Assembly: GCA_016711345.1 (NCBI GenBank)
Contig: JADJTD010000002.1
Location: 277 to 64,276 of the forward strand
Direction of reading: 5' to 3'
DNA: 64,000 bases
From: Chloracidobacterium sp.
Lineage (GTDB): Bacteria > Acidobacteriota > Blastocatellia > Pyrinomonadales > Pyrinomonadaceae
The notes below the pieces were generated by a model that was given only the letters and a program-made list of their open reading frames with translations, made no database searches and was not told where the DNA came from. Positions 16,375 to 24,749 of this stretch are shown here, one piece after another. Numbering within the stretch: the stretch's first letter is position 1; each line of letters starts with the position of its first letter. The position numbers and the translations under genes were made by a program.

Positions 16375-16679
16375 TTCAAATCCTTTCCTTTTTCGATCCA
16401 CACATTCGCTGGTCGGCAAAGGTGCAGTTCGTTGTTGAAGTAAGCAGCGCCATGCCGCAAGCAGGAAATGATGAGCTGCTCGGCCTTATCTCGCTGCGAG
16501 TACTCTTCGTAGATGGCTTGAGAAAGTGCAGTGGTGTTCCAGATCAGTAAACCGATTAACGCCATAACGATCAATTGGGCAGCAGCACGTACGCTTGCCC
16601 AGAAATGTTTGTTTATGGTGTAGTTGGTACGCATGCCCTGGCGTTGCTGCTTTGGGTGCAGGATGTAGTTACGCGGCAT
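16371..16679 (-). CDS. membrane protein
   Basis: 102-aa track ORF with one clear hydrophobic helix (AAAQLIVMALIGLLIW). It is coupled at both ends. Confidence 0.6.
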   Translation of the reverse strand: MPRNYILHPKQQRQGMRTNYTINKHFWASVRAAAQLIVMALIGLLIWNTTALSQAIYEEYSQRDKAEQLIISCLRHGAAYFNNELHLCRPANVWIEKGKDLK

Positions 16680-17256
16680 ATGCGGCCAGTAGAGGTGATA
16701 GTTTTTTTAACCTTGTTCCAGAGCGTAATTTGCGTAGAACCTTTGCTTCAATCTGAATAATGCGATCTCTACATACACCAAGTATTTTTCCTATTTCAAC
16801 GTGTGACATATCTTCCGTAAATCGGTAGTGCAGCACTTGACGTTCGCGAGGTGTTAGCGCTTCTGTGCAAACATCAAGTAATTGTTGTGCAACTTGTTTA
16901 TTTTCGAATTCACTAATATCTAATTCATAGGATTGTTGTTCTGATGGTAGTAGTGCCGCTAATTGTTCGTGACTCATTTCCATTTCAGCAAAGTTCTTTT
17001 CCAATGGGTGCAGTTGTTCTGCACTCCAAAGGTCTTCTGGCACCTTATTGAGTAGGTCGCATAGTTGAGTTGCAATAGGGCTTAATGCCCCATACGACGT
17101 TATTGGACTACGCGTCATATTGATTAATTCGTTTACTTTCGTGTAGCTCAGATAATTTGCATCACACCATTTTTGACCAGGCGTGCCACCGGACTCTTCA
17201 ATTGCTTTTAAGAGTCGATTATTTCTGACCTTAACTGTTACGCGATAGTCCTTCAT
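16669..17256 (-). CDS. sigma-70 region-4 domain protein (atypical phage sigma or sigma-mimic)
   Basis: The C-terminus LTPRERQVLHYRFTEDMSHVEIGKILGVCRDRIIQIEAKVLRKLR is a near-textbook sigma-70 region 4.2. I recognise no region 2. The ATG at 17256 overlaps the stop of ORF 17253..17471 (ATGA). The gene is visibly AT-rich. Confidence 0.75.
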   Translation of the reverse strand: MKDYRVTVKVRNNRLLKAIEESGGTPGQKWCDANYLSYTKVNELINMTRSPITSYGALSPIATQLCDLLNKVPEDLWSAEQLHPLEKNFAEMEMSHEQLAALLPSEQQSYELDISEFENKQVAQQLLDVCTEALTPRERQVLHYRFTEDMSHVEIGKILGVCRDRIIQIEAKVLRKLRSGTRLKKLSPLLAAYAA

Positions 17257-17471
17257 AGCTGAGAACTCTCCTTCGACTTCCCCATCATTAACTGCATGAG
17301 TAAAGCTTCCGCTGATATGAGTTTTTCTTTCCAACTCGTCAAGCACAGTTCGCAGAACCAGCGGTGTGTTTTACCCCTATTAGCCTTGACGTAATCGCCG
17401 TTCTTCAAAGGGCGATAGCTGCGACAATTCGCACACCATCGATCTGAAATATTCAGGCGGCTGTAGATCAC
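17253..17471 (-). CDS. small Cys-pair (zinc-ribbon-like) protein
   Basis: 72-aa track ORF with CANC...CELC. It is coupled (ATGA) to the helicase stop and to the sigma-like gene start. Confidence 0.55.
   Translation of the reverse strand: MIYSRLNISDRWCANCRSYRPLKNGDYVKANRGKTHRWFCELCLTSWKEKLISAEALLMQLMMGKSKESSQL
17257..17346 (-). pseudogene. relic of the 5' end of a homologue of gene 16102..16374
   Basis: This frame reads ...ERKTHISGSFTHAVNDGEVEGEFSA. The functional gene reads DRKRKGFEMTTGSFKHALNDGEVEVFF. The initiator position is ATC in the relic, and the relic overlaps the 3' end of ORF 17253..17471. Confidence 0.4.
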
Positions 17472-18814
17472 AGTGCTTCTGCTGCGTCGAACAGTTGATC
17501 CATACGAACTTTCTTGTCCTGCATCATTTGCCAGATGCGTTCATCACGAGTGCCCTCGGCTACGATGACAATCGTCTCGGTCTTTTCTTTTTGACCAATA
17601 CGGTCAATACGCTTCAGACCTTGCAGGTAGTGTTCAAGGTTTGGCGTAGGAGAAGCCCAGATCGTAGCGGTGCCCTTGGTCAGTGTCAGACCATGACCAG
17701 CAGACTGCGGGTGAGCGAAGAGCACCTGGAAGAATCCTTGTTGATACTGGTGCTCAATCTCAGGGTGATCTGCGTCCCACACTTTGTGGGTGATGTCGCG
17801 TTTCTTGACCTCTTTCAGTAATTCTTCGAGCTGGTGCTCCCAGTGATAGAAGACGATGCTGTGCTTACGTGCTTCTACAAGGTCGAGAACAAGCTCATAG
17901 CGATCAGTTGCGAAGGATGAATACCCGCCGTCATTGTTATATACGGCACCACTCGCCGCCTGAAGCAGTTTCGTCGCAAGGACAGCGCCGTTGATCGCTG
18001 TGATGGTGGTCGTGCTGAATTCAAGGAAGGACTCTTTTTCAAGCTCGTCATATAGCTTCCTGTGCTTCGGGCTGAGTGTGATGTTCAGCGCGTATTTATG
18101 ATTGGGTGGGATGTCGATGCAGTCCTCAAACTTGTGACGAATCACAATGTCGGAGAGCAGACCAATCACCGTGTTTTCAACACCGGGTCGGTCGATCCAT
18201 TTCAGCATGTTGGCAGAAGGCCCGGTCTGTTCCGGTATGCACACTGCGTTGCGGAAACTGTAGAAGGATTGACCCAGGCGTTTGCCATCGTCGAGCAGCA
18301 GTACTTGGTGGTGAATGTCGCAGATGCCGTTGCTGGTAGGCGTACCGCTCATAGTGCGTCGGTACTCGAAATACTTTACGATCTTGCGTGCAGCTGAGCT
18401 GCGCTTGCTCGTGTGGTGCTTGAATGCAGTGCTCTCGTCGAAGATGATCGTGCCGCCTTTGAATCGCTTCCAGAAGGAGGCAGGTTTCTTCAACAGGTCT
18501 TTCACGCCATCGACGTTGATGATGTAGATGTCTGCATCGACGTTGAATGCATCATCACGGCAGTGTGCCCATGCGATGCTGGTTTTCAGATGTGGGGCAA
18601 ACTTCTTTACGTCGTTGGCCCATGCCGCTTGCAGCAATGATTTCGGAGCAACTACCAAGGCACAGCCGCCGCGCTTCTTGCGTCGGTCAGCGAAGTCCAT
18701 GATCTCGACAAAGGTCTTGCCAGTGCCAGGATCGCTCATATCGAAAACAGCTTTCTTTCCCTTCATGAATGCGAGGGATTGAAGCTGATGCTTCATTGCT
18801 GTTATTTTTTTCAT
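17468..18814 (-). CDS. SNF2-family helicase/ATPase
   Basis: 448 aa. Walker A PGTGKT, DExx box IIFDEST, and a helicase C-terminal region HPQSAGHGLTL...RIDRIGQ. Confidence 0.9.
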   Translation of the reverse strand: MKKITAMKHQLQSLAFMKGKKAVFDMSDPGTGKTFVEIMDFADRRKKRGGCALVVAPKSLLQAAWANDVKKFAPHLKTSIAWAHCRDDAFNVDADIYIINVDGVKDLLKKPASFWKRFKGGTIIFDESTAFKHHTSKRSSAARKIVKYFEYRRTMSGTPTSNGICDIHHQVLLLDDGKRLGQSFYSFRNAVCIPEQTGPSANMLKWIDRPGVENTVIGLLSDIVIRHKFEDCIDIPPNHKYALNITLSPKHRKLYDELEKESFLEFSTTTITAINGAVLATKLLQAASGAVYNNDGGYSSFATDRYELVLDLVEARKHSIVFYHWEHQLEELLKEVKKRDITHKVWDADHPEIEHQYQQGFFQVLFAHPQSAGHGLTLTKGTATIWASPTPNLEHYLQGLKRIDRIGQKEKTETIVIVAEGTRDERIWQMMQDKKVRMDQLFDAAEAL

Positions 18815-19605
18815 AGGAATCTCTTCAAGTCGTCATCCCCAAACATCTTGTCGGCCTTGGTCGCCTTGCCCGTCTTGACGAAGTTCATCGGCTTGACCAC
18901 AGAGGTCTGCTGACCCGATACAGAGATGCCGAACTTGCAGTCGCCTTGTTTGTCAGGGCTGTACGGGCAGTATTTGCAAGAGAAGATGTTCGGGTTCGGT
19001 TTGAACGTGGTGTCCGTCGTAAGTCTCACGCCTCTCTGATCGAAAATCTTCAGATAGCGTGAGAGTTGACGGCGATGCATGACGAAGGAAGCCAGCTCGT
19101 TGTGGTCGATGTACCACAGCTCACATGTCACTTGCTCAACGTCCGGGTAGCGGATCAGAGCACACAGTGCATAGAGTTGTAATTGCTCGGCATGTTTTAT
19201 TTCATTGCCGAATCGTTTGCCGGTTTTGAAATCAACCACTGCGACATGCTGCTTTGTAAGGTGGCACACTGTGTCGCATTTAAGCCTGAGCCACGCTGAT
19301 TTCCAAGGAGCAACACGCCATTGATTGTCAAAACCCCATTCCTCCTCACAAACGACACGCCCCTCGGCATAGTGTCTCGCGAGGGAGGAGAGGTCTTCAT
19401 TGAAATGACGGAGGTTGGCGGTGAGGGCGGCTTTTCCAGTGACATAATCTTCGGCCTCCTGGTGAATGGCAGTACCACGATCCGCAGCGGTCTTGGGTTG
19501 TAGATCAGGCACCTTGTCGATGGATGCGAGTCGCGCACGATACGCGCATGATTCGTACACGGTGAGCCTGGAGAAAGACCAGTTGGGGATCGTGGATTTT
19601 GTCAT
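18811..19605 (-). CDS. PD-(D/E)XK exonuclease, Cas4/RecB-like with four-Cys cluster
   Basis: One N-terminal Cys (YESCAY) plus C-terminal CKYCPY...C, with a D..(V)VDFKTGK core. The ATG at 19605 follows GAGGCAGTAAG. Confidence 0.8.
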   Translation of the reverse strand: MTKSTIPNWSFSRLTVYESCAYRARLASIDKVPDLQPKTAADRGTAIHQEAEDYVTGKAALTANLRHFNEDLSSLARHYAEGRVVCEEEWGFDNQWRVAPWKSAWLRLKCDTVCHLTKQHVAVVDFKTGKRFGNEIKHAEQLQLYALCALIRYPDVEQVTCELWYIDHNELASFVMHRRQLSRYLKIFDQRGVRLTTDTTFKPNPNIFSCKYCPYSPDKQGDCKFGISVSGQQTSVVKPMNFVKTGKATKADKMFGDDDLKRFL

Positions 19606-19632
19606 CTTACTGCCTCGCACAGAGAATCGCAG

Positions 19633-19662
19633 AGCGTATCAGAGTTCAGGATCGCCCGTCAA
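19633..19662 (-). promoter_or_regulatory. CTCTGATA-family promoter candidate
   Basis: Minus strand TTGACG-N18-TACGCT with TGn (AACTCTGATACGCT). It lies 27 nt upstream of ATG 19605. CTCTG recurs three times at 10-nt spacing. Confidence 0.5.
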
Positions 19663-20230
19663 CGAAGGTGACGATGTTCTGCAAGCCGAGTTGAAGCGCT
19701 TCGATCTCGTCCTTGAGTGCCTTCGGTTTGTGTTCGATCTTGTTGAGTTGTTCGATGCGAGCTTCGGCTTCAGTGATGACGCTGAAGATTGCCTCGTTGT
19801 TCAGGGTTGTTGCATCAGTGCCACGGATGAAGGTTTTGATTTCGAAGATCGGTGCGTTGTTTGCCATGATTGGCTCCTTGAAAATTTGTGTGAGGTTTTG
19901 TGCGGCAGTTTGAAATTCGCCTGTAGGTTGTGCCCAGGGTTGGTCCCCTTCGTTTACCCAGTCCTGCAGGAAAAGCCTGGTTGAAACTTTTGATGCGAGG
20001 TCCTTCATTTCGCCTTGCTTGTTTACAAGCGTGGATATGTCGCTTTCCAGTACCATTGCTTGCAGTATCGAATACTCTGCAAAACCATCGGCTATTCGAG
20101 CACGACACCATCCTCTGGATTTCGAAGCAGGCGCGTATCGACAAGCGAAGTACACGCAAGCCTTTGACGTGACGTACTGATAAGCAGAGCCGTTATATCC
20201 TCTGAACAGATTGGTCAGAGCCTTGTACAC
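19646..20230 (-). CDS. hypothetical protein; possibly two products
   Basis: 194-aa track ORF. A strong internal CAAGGAGCCAATC-ATG at 19867 would give a 73-aa protein (MANNAPIFEIK...). There is no stop between the two parts. Confidence 0.5.
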   Translation of the reverse strand: MYKALTNLFRGYNGSAYQYVTSKACVYFACRYAPASKSRGWCRARIADGFAEYSILQAMVLESDISTLVNKQGEMKDLASKVSTRLFLQDWVNEGDQPWAQPTGEFQTAAQNLTQIFKEPIMANNAPIFEIKTFIRGTDATTLNNEAIFSVITEAEARIEQLNKIEHKPKALKDEIEALQLGLQNIVTFVDGRS

Positions 20231-20375
20231 AGATTTCTCTGAAAGTGCTGCCGTTTATTGTGTGCTGAAAGAATCGGTCTGCTGCTGCTGGCTGAACCGT
20301 GTCGTAGAATTCTCTGTCGTTTTCAGCGACGAGGAAAAGTTCTTCGATTGTGTTGGGAATGGCCTCTTTTGTCAT
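20193..20375 (-). CDS. hypothetical protein
   Basis: Track ORF 20193..20384. The ATG at 20375 overlaps the DHH gene stop (ATGA). Confidence 0.5.
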   Translation of the reverse strand: MTKEAIPNTIEELFLVAENDREFYDTVQPAAADRFFQHTINGSTFREICVQGSDQSVQRI

Positions 20376-21253
20376 TTGATCCATTCCATCAGCGTTTCGA
20401 TGTCAGTTTCAAAACCAGCAGCGTTCCGATTACCGCCCCCACCGAAGCTGCTGGCAATTGCAGAAACGTCATATTCACCATTGCTGCGAAGGCTGCAGCG
20501 CACGCGCCCATCACTGCTGATGTAATACACAAGGCCGTAAGTACCAGAAGCATTTGCCAGTTCATGCCCGACCTCACTTTGGTGGATTGATGAGTTGACG
20601 GCGAGGCCTGATGCACCATCTGATGCAGCCGAGTTGGCATCGAAGATAATTCTGCATTCCCTCGCCTGCTTCGCCATGCGCTCGACGTGCTGCTTCTGGG
20701 CGCGGAGGATGGCGGTGCCTTGGTGATAGATGTGAATGTGTTCTTGTAGCAAAATGAGTTTTTGCCACTGCTCAAAGCTCCACGGTTGGTAGCTACTTAG
20801 TGCTGCATGAATCTCAGCCGAACCGGCAAGCTTCCACTGCCAGCGGTCGCGGTCGTCGATGTGCTGGATCAGCATCGGGACTTCGGTGCCGGGGTGGAAG
20901 TATTCCCAAGCGAGGAGAGCGCCGGACTTGTTGTTGTCGAGGATGATCACGTTATCTGTCGTGTCATTGAGTATGAAGTGTTCTCGTTCAGTGCTGCACC
21001 ACATCTCGAACGCAGTCTTGTGGTGATCGAGCCAGACGACGCGCTTGGCGCGAGCGAAGAACATCTCCATTACTTCGCGGGGGAAACTGAAGTCGAGGAT
21101 GTAAATCTCACGACCTGTCATTTCGGGCCATTCGAAGCTCTCGCCGTAATTCATCGGCAGATATTCAGCCTCGTCGCCCAGCTTGAGCCATGCTGCGAAC
21201 GCAGCGCCGTAGCCGTCGGTGCAGTTGGCGTGATAGATCACGAGTGGTTTCAT
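20372..21253 (-). CDS. DHH/DHHA1-family phosphoesterase (RecJ/NrnA-like)
   Basis: 293 aa. N-terminal HANCTDGYGAA, a DHH motif (WLDHHKT), and a C-terminal GGGGNRNAAGF (DHHA1 GGGH-type motif). Confidence 0.85.
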   Translation of the reverse strand: MKPLVIYHANCTDGYGAAFAAWLKLGDEAEYLPMNYGESFEWPEMTGREIYILDFSFPREVMEMFFARAKRVVWLDHHKTAFEMWCSTEREHFILNDTTDNVIILDNNKSGALLAWEYFHPGTEVPMLIQHIDDRDRWQWKLAGSAEIHAALSSYQPWSFEQWQKLILLQEHIHIYHQGTAILRAQKQHVERMAKQARECRIIFDANSAASDGASGLAVNSSIHQSEVGHELANASGTYGLVYYISSDGRVRCSLRSNGEYDVSAIASSFGGGGNRNAAGFETDIETLMEWIK

Positions 21254-21414
21254 TTCTTGTTCTCCAGCAGGTTTGCTGCGTAGTTGAGCATGTAAGCCAG
21301 CTCACCATCTTCGATGTTGATGCTGTCCAGACCATTATCGTCTACCTCCTTGGCGAGGCGTCGGAGGGACTTGATGAACTTGGTGAGCTTGTCAGGGTCA
21401 ATTGATTTGATCAT
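21250..21414 (-). CDS. hypothetical small protein (54 aa)
   Basis: My translation begins MIKSIDPDKLTKFIKSLRRLAKEVDDNGLD... It has ATGA coupling at both ends. Confidence 0.5.
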   Translation of the reverse strand: MIKSIDPDKLTKFIKSLRRLAKEVDDNGLDSINIEDGELAYMLNYAANLLENKK

Positions 21415-21602
21415 GACAGACTCCCAAGTAGGTAGAGCACCTGGCCTTCGTCAGCGATAACTTCTTCGTTTTCACCGTTCGGTGATTTTGCGATTTCTTC
21501 GTCGAGGTATTTGACCTGTGGGCTGTCTGCGCCAAATACCATTGACGCCAGCTTGCGGTAATTCTTCAGCGTTGAGTCGTCGCCAGTGCTGAGCTTTTTC
21601 AT
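21411..21602 (-). CDS. hypothetical small protein
   Basis: Track ORF 21411..21707, trimmed to ATG 21602 (MKKLSTGDD), which follows AAGGAA. Confidence 0.55.
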   Translation of the reverse strand: MKKLSTGDDSTLKNYRKLASMVFGADSPQVKYLDEEIAKSPNGENEEVIADEGQVLYLLGSLS

Positions 21603-21672
21603 TTCAGTTCCTTGTGTGTTTGCGTGCAGTTTACTTTCAGTTTCTGTCCCTATATAGAAACTGCGCGAAAGA

Positions 21673-21939
21673 TCAGGACTGCAACGACATGCGCTTCTTC
21701 GCTGCACGTGCCATACGGGGTGTGACCTTCATCGGGTAGCTGATACCGTGACATGTGCCCAGGCGCTGTTCGTCTGCATGCCGGGCCATCTTGTCACCAG
21801 CCTGGCCGCGCTTTCCGGCGCTACGTACACGGCGCGAGGGCGTGCCATGGTTGAATGAGAAGCGCGGGACGAAGTCTTGGACTTTTTCACCCGTAGTTGC
21901 GATGAGTGCAGCTATGGCTGCGAAGAGAGCGTTTGACAT
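21673..21939 (-). CDS. hypothetical basic protein
   Basis: Track ORF 21673..22038, trimmed to ATG 21939 (MSNALFAAI), which follows AAGGAGAAATAAGC. Confidence 0.55.
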   Translation of the reverse strand: MSNALFAAIAALIATTGEKVQDFVPRFSFNHGTPSRRVRSAGKRGQAGDKMARHADEQRLGTCHGISYPMKVTPRMARAAKKRMSLQS

Positions 21940-21941
21940 GC

Positions 21942-22079
21942 TTATTTCTCCTTCTTGCGAATGTTGAACGGTTGCTTGTGCGGATAGCCGCCACCGGATG
22001 TGCTCTTCGGCGCGTCGGGGGTGTGATAGCCAGGGCACTCGTTACGGGGCGTGCGGGACGTGATGTGACGATGTTTCAT
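21942..22079 (-). CDS. hypothetical small basic protein (45 aa)
   Basis: My translation is MKHRHITSRTPRNECPGYHTPDAPKSTSGGGYPHKQPFNIRKKEK. It is coupled (ATGA) to the stop of ORF 22076..22270. Confidence 0.4.
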   Translation of the reverse strand: MKHRHITSRTPRNECPGYHTPDAPKSTSGGGYPHKQPFNIRKKEK

Positions 22080-22270
22080 ATCTGCTCCTTGATAGCGATG
22101 ATGTTTTTGAGAACTTGATCCTGCTGGTTGTGAATCTGATTCAGCATGTCGTCTGCCTCGCGTCGGCGTTCACGCCAGCGTCTCTCTTGCAGTTGAAGTG
22201 CCCGGTATTCCTGCTCACTCAGGATGAGCGCGATGCCCAGGTCACTGAGCTTTACGTTTTCGATGGTCAT
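22076..22270 (-). CDS. hypothetical coiled-coil protein
   Basis: 64-aa track ORF, coupled (ATGA) to the primase-helicase stop. Confidence 0.6.
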   Translation of the reverse strand: MTIENVKLSDLGIALILSEQEYRALQLQERRWRERRREADDMLNQIHNQQDQVLKNIIAIKEQI

Positions 22271-24621
22271 TTCTTCCCTCCGACGACTTTCAGTCTCTTT
22301 TTCGATAGGTTCAGAGAGGCTTCGAGTTCTCGACGAAGTTCTGCCGAGACTTTCCAGTCCACTTGAATCCCATAGCCAAGCACGTTGTTCTTGCGAATAC
22401 GTTTCAACGAGATGTTGTTGTGACGCAGTAAGCTGGTGAACTTGTTCGGCGTCTTCGGCATGTTCCCCACGTTGTACTGCAGCATGATGAGCAGCTCATC
22501 GCGGGTAATCTTGTCGTCGAAATCGGTACGAGCAATCTCTTTGAGCAACAGGATGTACGCCGCAGCGTTCGTCGTGTGCTCGTTCATGATCCCCGACTCG
22601 TTCAGCAGTTTCTCATCAGGGCGTGCCATCCAGAGAGCCTCGAAGTCACCGTCCATGATCATCTGACAGGTTTCAACAAGGCTGGTGACACCCAGGCGCT
22701 GAATCTTGGTACGTGCCTCGGTGTGCACGATAGTATTCGCTTGTACGATATCCGCCTTGTGTGCCAGCAGGAACTGAGCGAAGGCTTCAAGTTCTGCGTT
22801 CACCACGCTGTCGTCAGGTCGCGGCAGCTTCTTGCTTTGGAACTCACCCACGTTGTATCTCCGATCACCTTCAGGGATGTGTACAGGTTGCGGCATGTTC
22901 GAGCTGAACATGAAGCAGCATGTGTTCACTGCGTCATAGGCTGTACGACGCATGTGGCGAATAGGTATCGTCGGTTCAGTGATGTGATTCTTCAGTTTGG
23001 CACCGACGCGACCTTTCTCCTTGAAGTCGTCGACATCCACCTCATCGATGAAGGCGAACAGAATGTTCTCCATCCAGCCGTTGAAGTCATCCTCGACGTT
23101 CGCAGCCAGCATAGAGGCAGCATTCATACTGCCCAGTAGCTGCGAGATGATCTTGTTGAACACATAGCCCTTGCCGGTACCTTGCGTACCCTGCATGACC
23201 CAGGATGTGGTGGGCTTCTCTTGCCGCTGAAAGATGCAGGCAAACCAGTTGATCCAGTGGTCGAAGAGCTTGTCCGGATCATTGTCGGGTGTGACACCCA
23301 GCATGTGGCAGATGATGCCCTTGATCGTCGGGAAGCGTGTGTTGTGCTTTGGTTCCAAGCGCATGAAACGACTGCGCTGGAAGATGTTGATCACATGCTC
23401 GTTCTCGTCGACAGTGAAGTGTTCTTTTGGCAGGTACTTCATCTGCCAGATCGGGATGAACTCGCCAAGGAAACGTCCATGGCTGCGCATCCAGTGATCC
23501 AGTTGCGTCTCGTTCTTTGCACGGTAGAGGGAGAGCTTTTCTTCCTTCGGGTTCCACAGCCCGTTGTAGTACTCGGAGCTTTGCAGATCACGAAAGGCCA
23601 GGATCAGATCACCATCTTCTGTTGGGGTTGAGGTGTGTGCGGAACGCTGATCACATAGCTCACTGTAGTAGCCGGGCACCAGCTCCTTCGTCTTGTACCA
23701 CGTGTCACTTTTGAAGTCGTGGATCAGTTCGAAGTTGTCACGGTAGTGGTAGTAAGCCCATGAGTCACCACCGTTCAAGTTCAATCTGATGTACTCACCA
23801 CAGTCCTTGGTCTCGGTAACAGTACATACGTCAGGCTTGTTCTGTACTTCGACACCTGTCACCCAGGTGGTCTTCGCTGTGCGCTTGGGCAGGCCCTCAG
23901 CGACACGTAGTGCGTTCAGTGCTGCACGCTCGTCGACCTTCAGTGCGTTGATGTGCTTCTCACCTATGGTCTCTACAGGTATGGCCGAGAGCTTGCGCTT
24001 GACGAAGCTGATGCGTGAGTTCTTGCCCATAGGGTCTTTCATACCCTTGAAGATAGGCGGTGCGATGTACAGCAGCTTGTCGTTCTGGCACGTGGTGATA
24101 TCCAGTGGCCAGCTCAGTGTGTTCTTCGAACGCGAGAGACGCAGACCATCGTTGAACACGGTCAGGTTCTTCTCCATCAGCCACGCCTTCAGCGTGGGTG
24201 CAGCCATGGGTTTGCTCAACAGCATGAACACATGGGCACTGACTGTGCCTTCGTTCTCGTCCAGGCCATGTGAGGCAGAGTACTGCAGTGTGTAGCTGAT
24301 ATTGCCTACGCCCAGCTTGGTGAGTTCTTCATCGATGTCAGCCGTTTCATGTCGGTCAAAATCCAGACATACCCACTGGGTGACCGAATCAGTTGAGGTG
24401 GTTCCACGACGAGGCTCATTACTGAGCGGGCGTGCGATGGTGCCTTTGAGTAGGCAGTGTCCTTGGGTGGCATGTTTGTCGATCGCTTTGAACAGGTCGA
24501 GTGGGTCTTTTACTTCTTCGTTGTAACTGGTGAAGTTTGTCACCAGTGGGTAGGCATCTTTTGATGTCGGTGAAAATGACTTCACCAGAGGCAACGCTGC
24601 CCCTAGAAATGTGATCTGCAT
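22267..24621 (-). CDS. DNA primase-helicase (D5/P4-like, SF3 NTPase)
   Basis: Walker A QGTQGTGKGY and Walker B AFIDEVD in the C-terminal half, with a large N-terminal primase-like region. The ATG at 24621 follows GAGGAAATCCATT. The track start at 24666 lies upstream of it. Confidence 0.85.
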   Translation of the reverse strand: MQITFLGAALPLVKSFSPTSKDAYPLVTNFTSYNEEVKDPLDLFKAIDKHATQGHCLLKGTIARPLSNEPRRGTTSTDSVTQWVCLDFDRHETADIDEELTKLGVGNISYTLQYSASHGLDENEGTVSAHVFMLLSKPMAAPTLKAWLMEKNLTVFNDGLRLSRSKNTLSWPLDITTCQNDKLLYIAPPIFKGMKDPMGKNSRISFVKRKLSAIPVETIGEKHINALKVDERAALNALRVAEGLPKRTAKTTWVTGVEVQNKPDVCTVTETKDCGEYIRLNLNGGDSWAYYHYRDNFELIHDFKSDTWYKTKELVPGYYSELCDQRSAHTSTPTEDGDLILAFRDLQSSEYYNGLWNPKEEKLSLYRAKNETQLDHWMRSHGRFLGEFIPIWQMKYLPKEHFTVDENEHVINIFQRSRFMRLEPKHNTRFPTIKGIICHMLGVTPDNDPDKLFDHWINWFACIFQRQEKPTTSWVMQGTQGTGKGYVFNKIISQLLGSMNAASMLAANVEDDFNGWMENILFAFIDEVDVDDFKEKGRVGAKLKNHITEPTIPIRHMRRTAYDAVNTCCFMFSSNMPQPVHIPEGDRRYNVGEFQSKKLPRPDDSVVNAELEAFAQFLLAHKADIVQANTIVHTEARTKIQRLGVTSLVETCQMIMDGDFEALWMARPDEKLLNESGIMNEHTTNAAAYILLLKEIARTDFDDKITRDELLIMLQYNVGNMPKTPNKFTSLLRHNNISLKRIRKNNVLGYGIQVDWKVSAELRRELEASLNLSKKRLKVVGGKK

Positions 24622-24670
24622 AATGGATTTCCTCGGTAGAGCGAATAGTCTGACAGACTCGAACAAGCCT

Positions 24671-24696
24671 TGTCAAAGAGTTCCTCAGAGCTGAGG
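24671..24696 (-). promoter_or_regulatory. -35-like TTGACA plus CCTCAG-AG-CTGAGG palindrome upstream of the primase-helicase gene
   Basis: Minus-strand TTGACA at 24676..24671. I found no convincing -10 at 16-19 nt. The palindrome is at 24683..24696. Confidence 0.3.
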
Positions 24697-24704
24697 ATTG
24701 ACCA

Positions 24705-24744
24705 GTGTTCCACGGTGTTTCACGCTGTTTCACGCTGTGTCAGC
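24705..24744. repeat. four tandem decamers (GTGTTCCACG GTGTTTCACG CTGTTTCACG CTGTGTCAGC)
   Basis: Read directly from the sequence. The period is exactly 10 bp. The minus-strand unit is CGTGRAACAS, the same core as the sites at 26.9-27.2 kb. Confidence 0.8.
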
Positions 24745-24749
24745 AGCGT

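Noticed and set aside
21638-21663. T7-class-like promoter string CTATATAGGGACA within an 8-bp-stem hairpin
   Set aside because: It occurs only once. No single-subunit RNAP gene is visible in the window, and the resemblance is limited to TATAGGGA.
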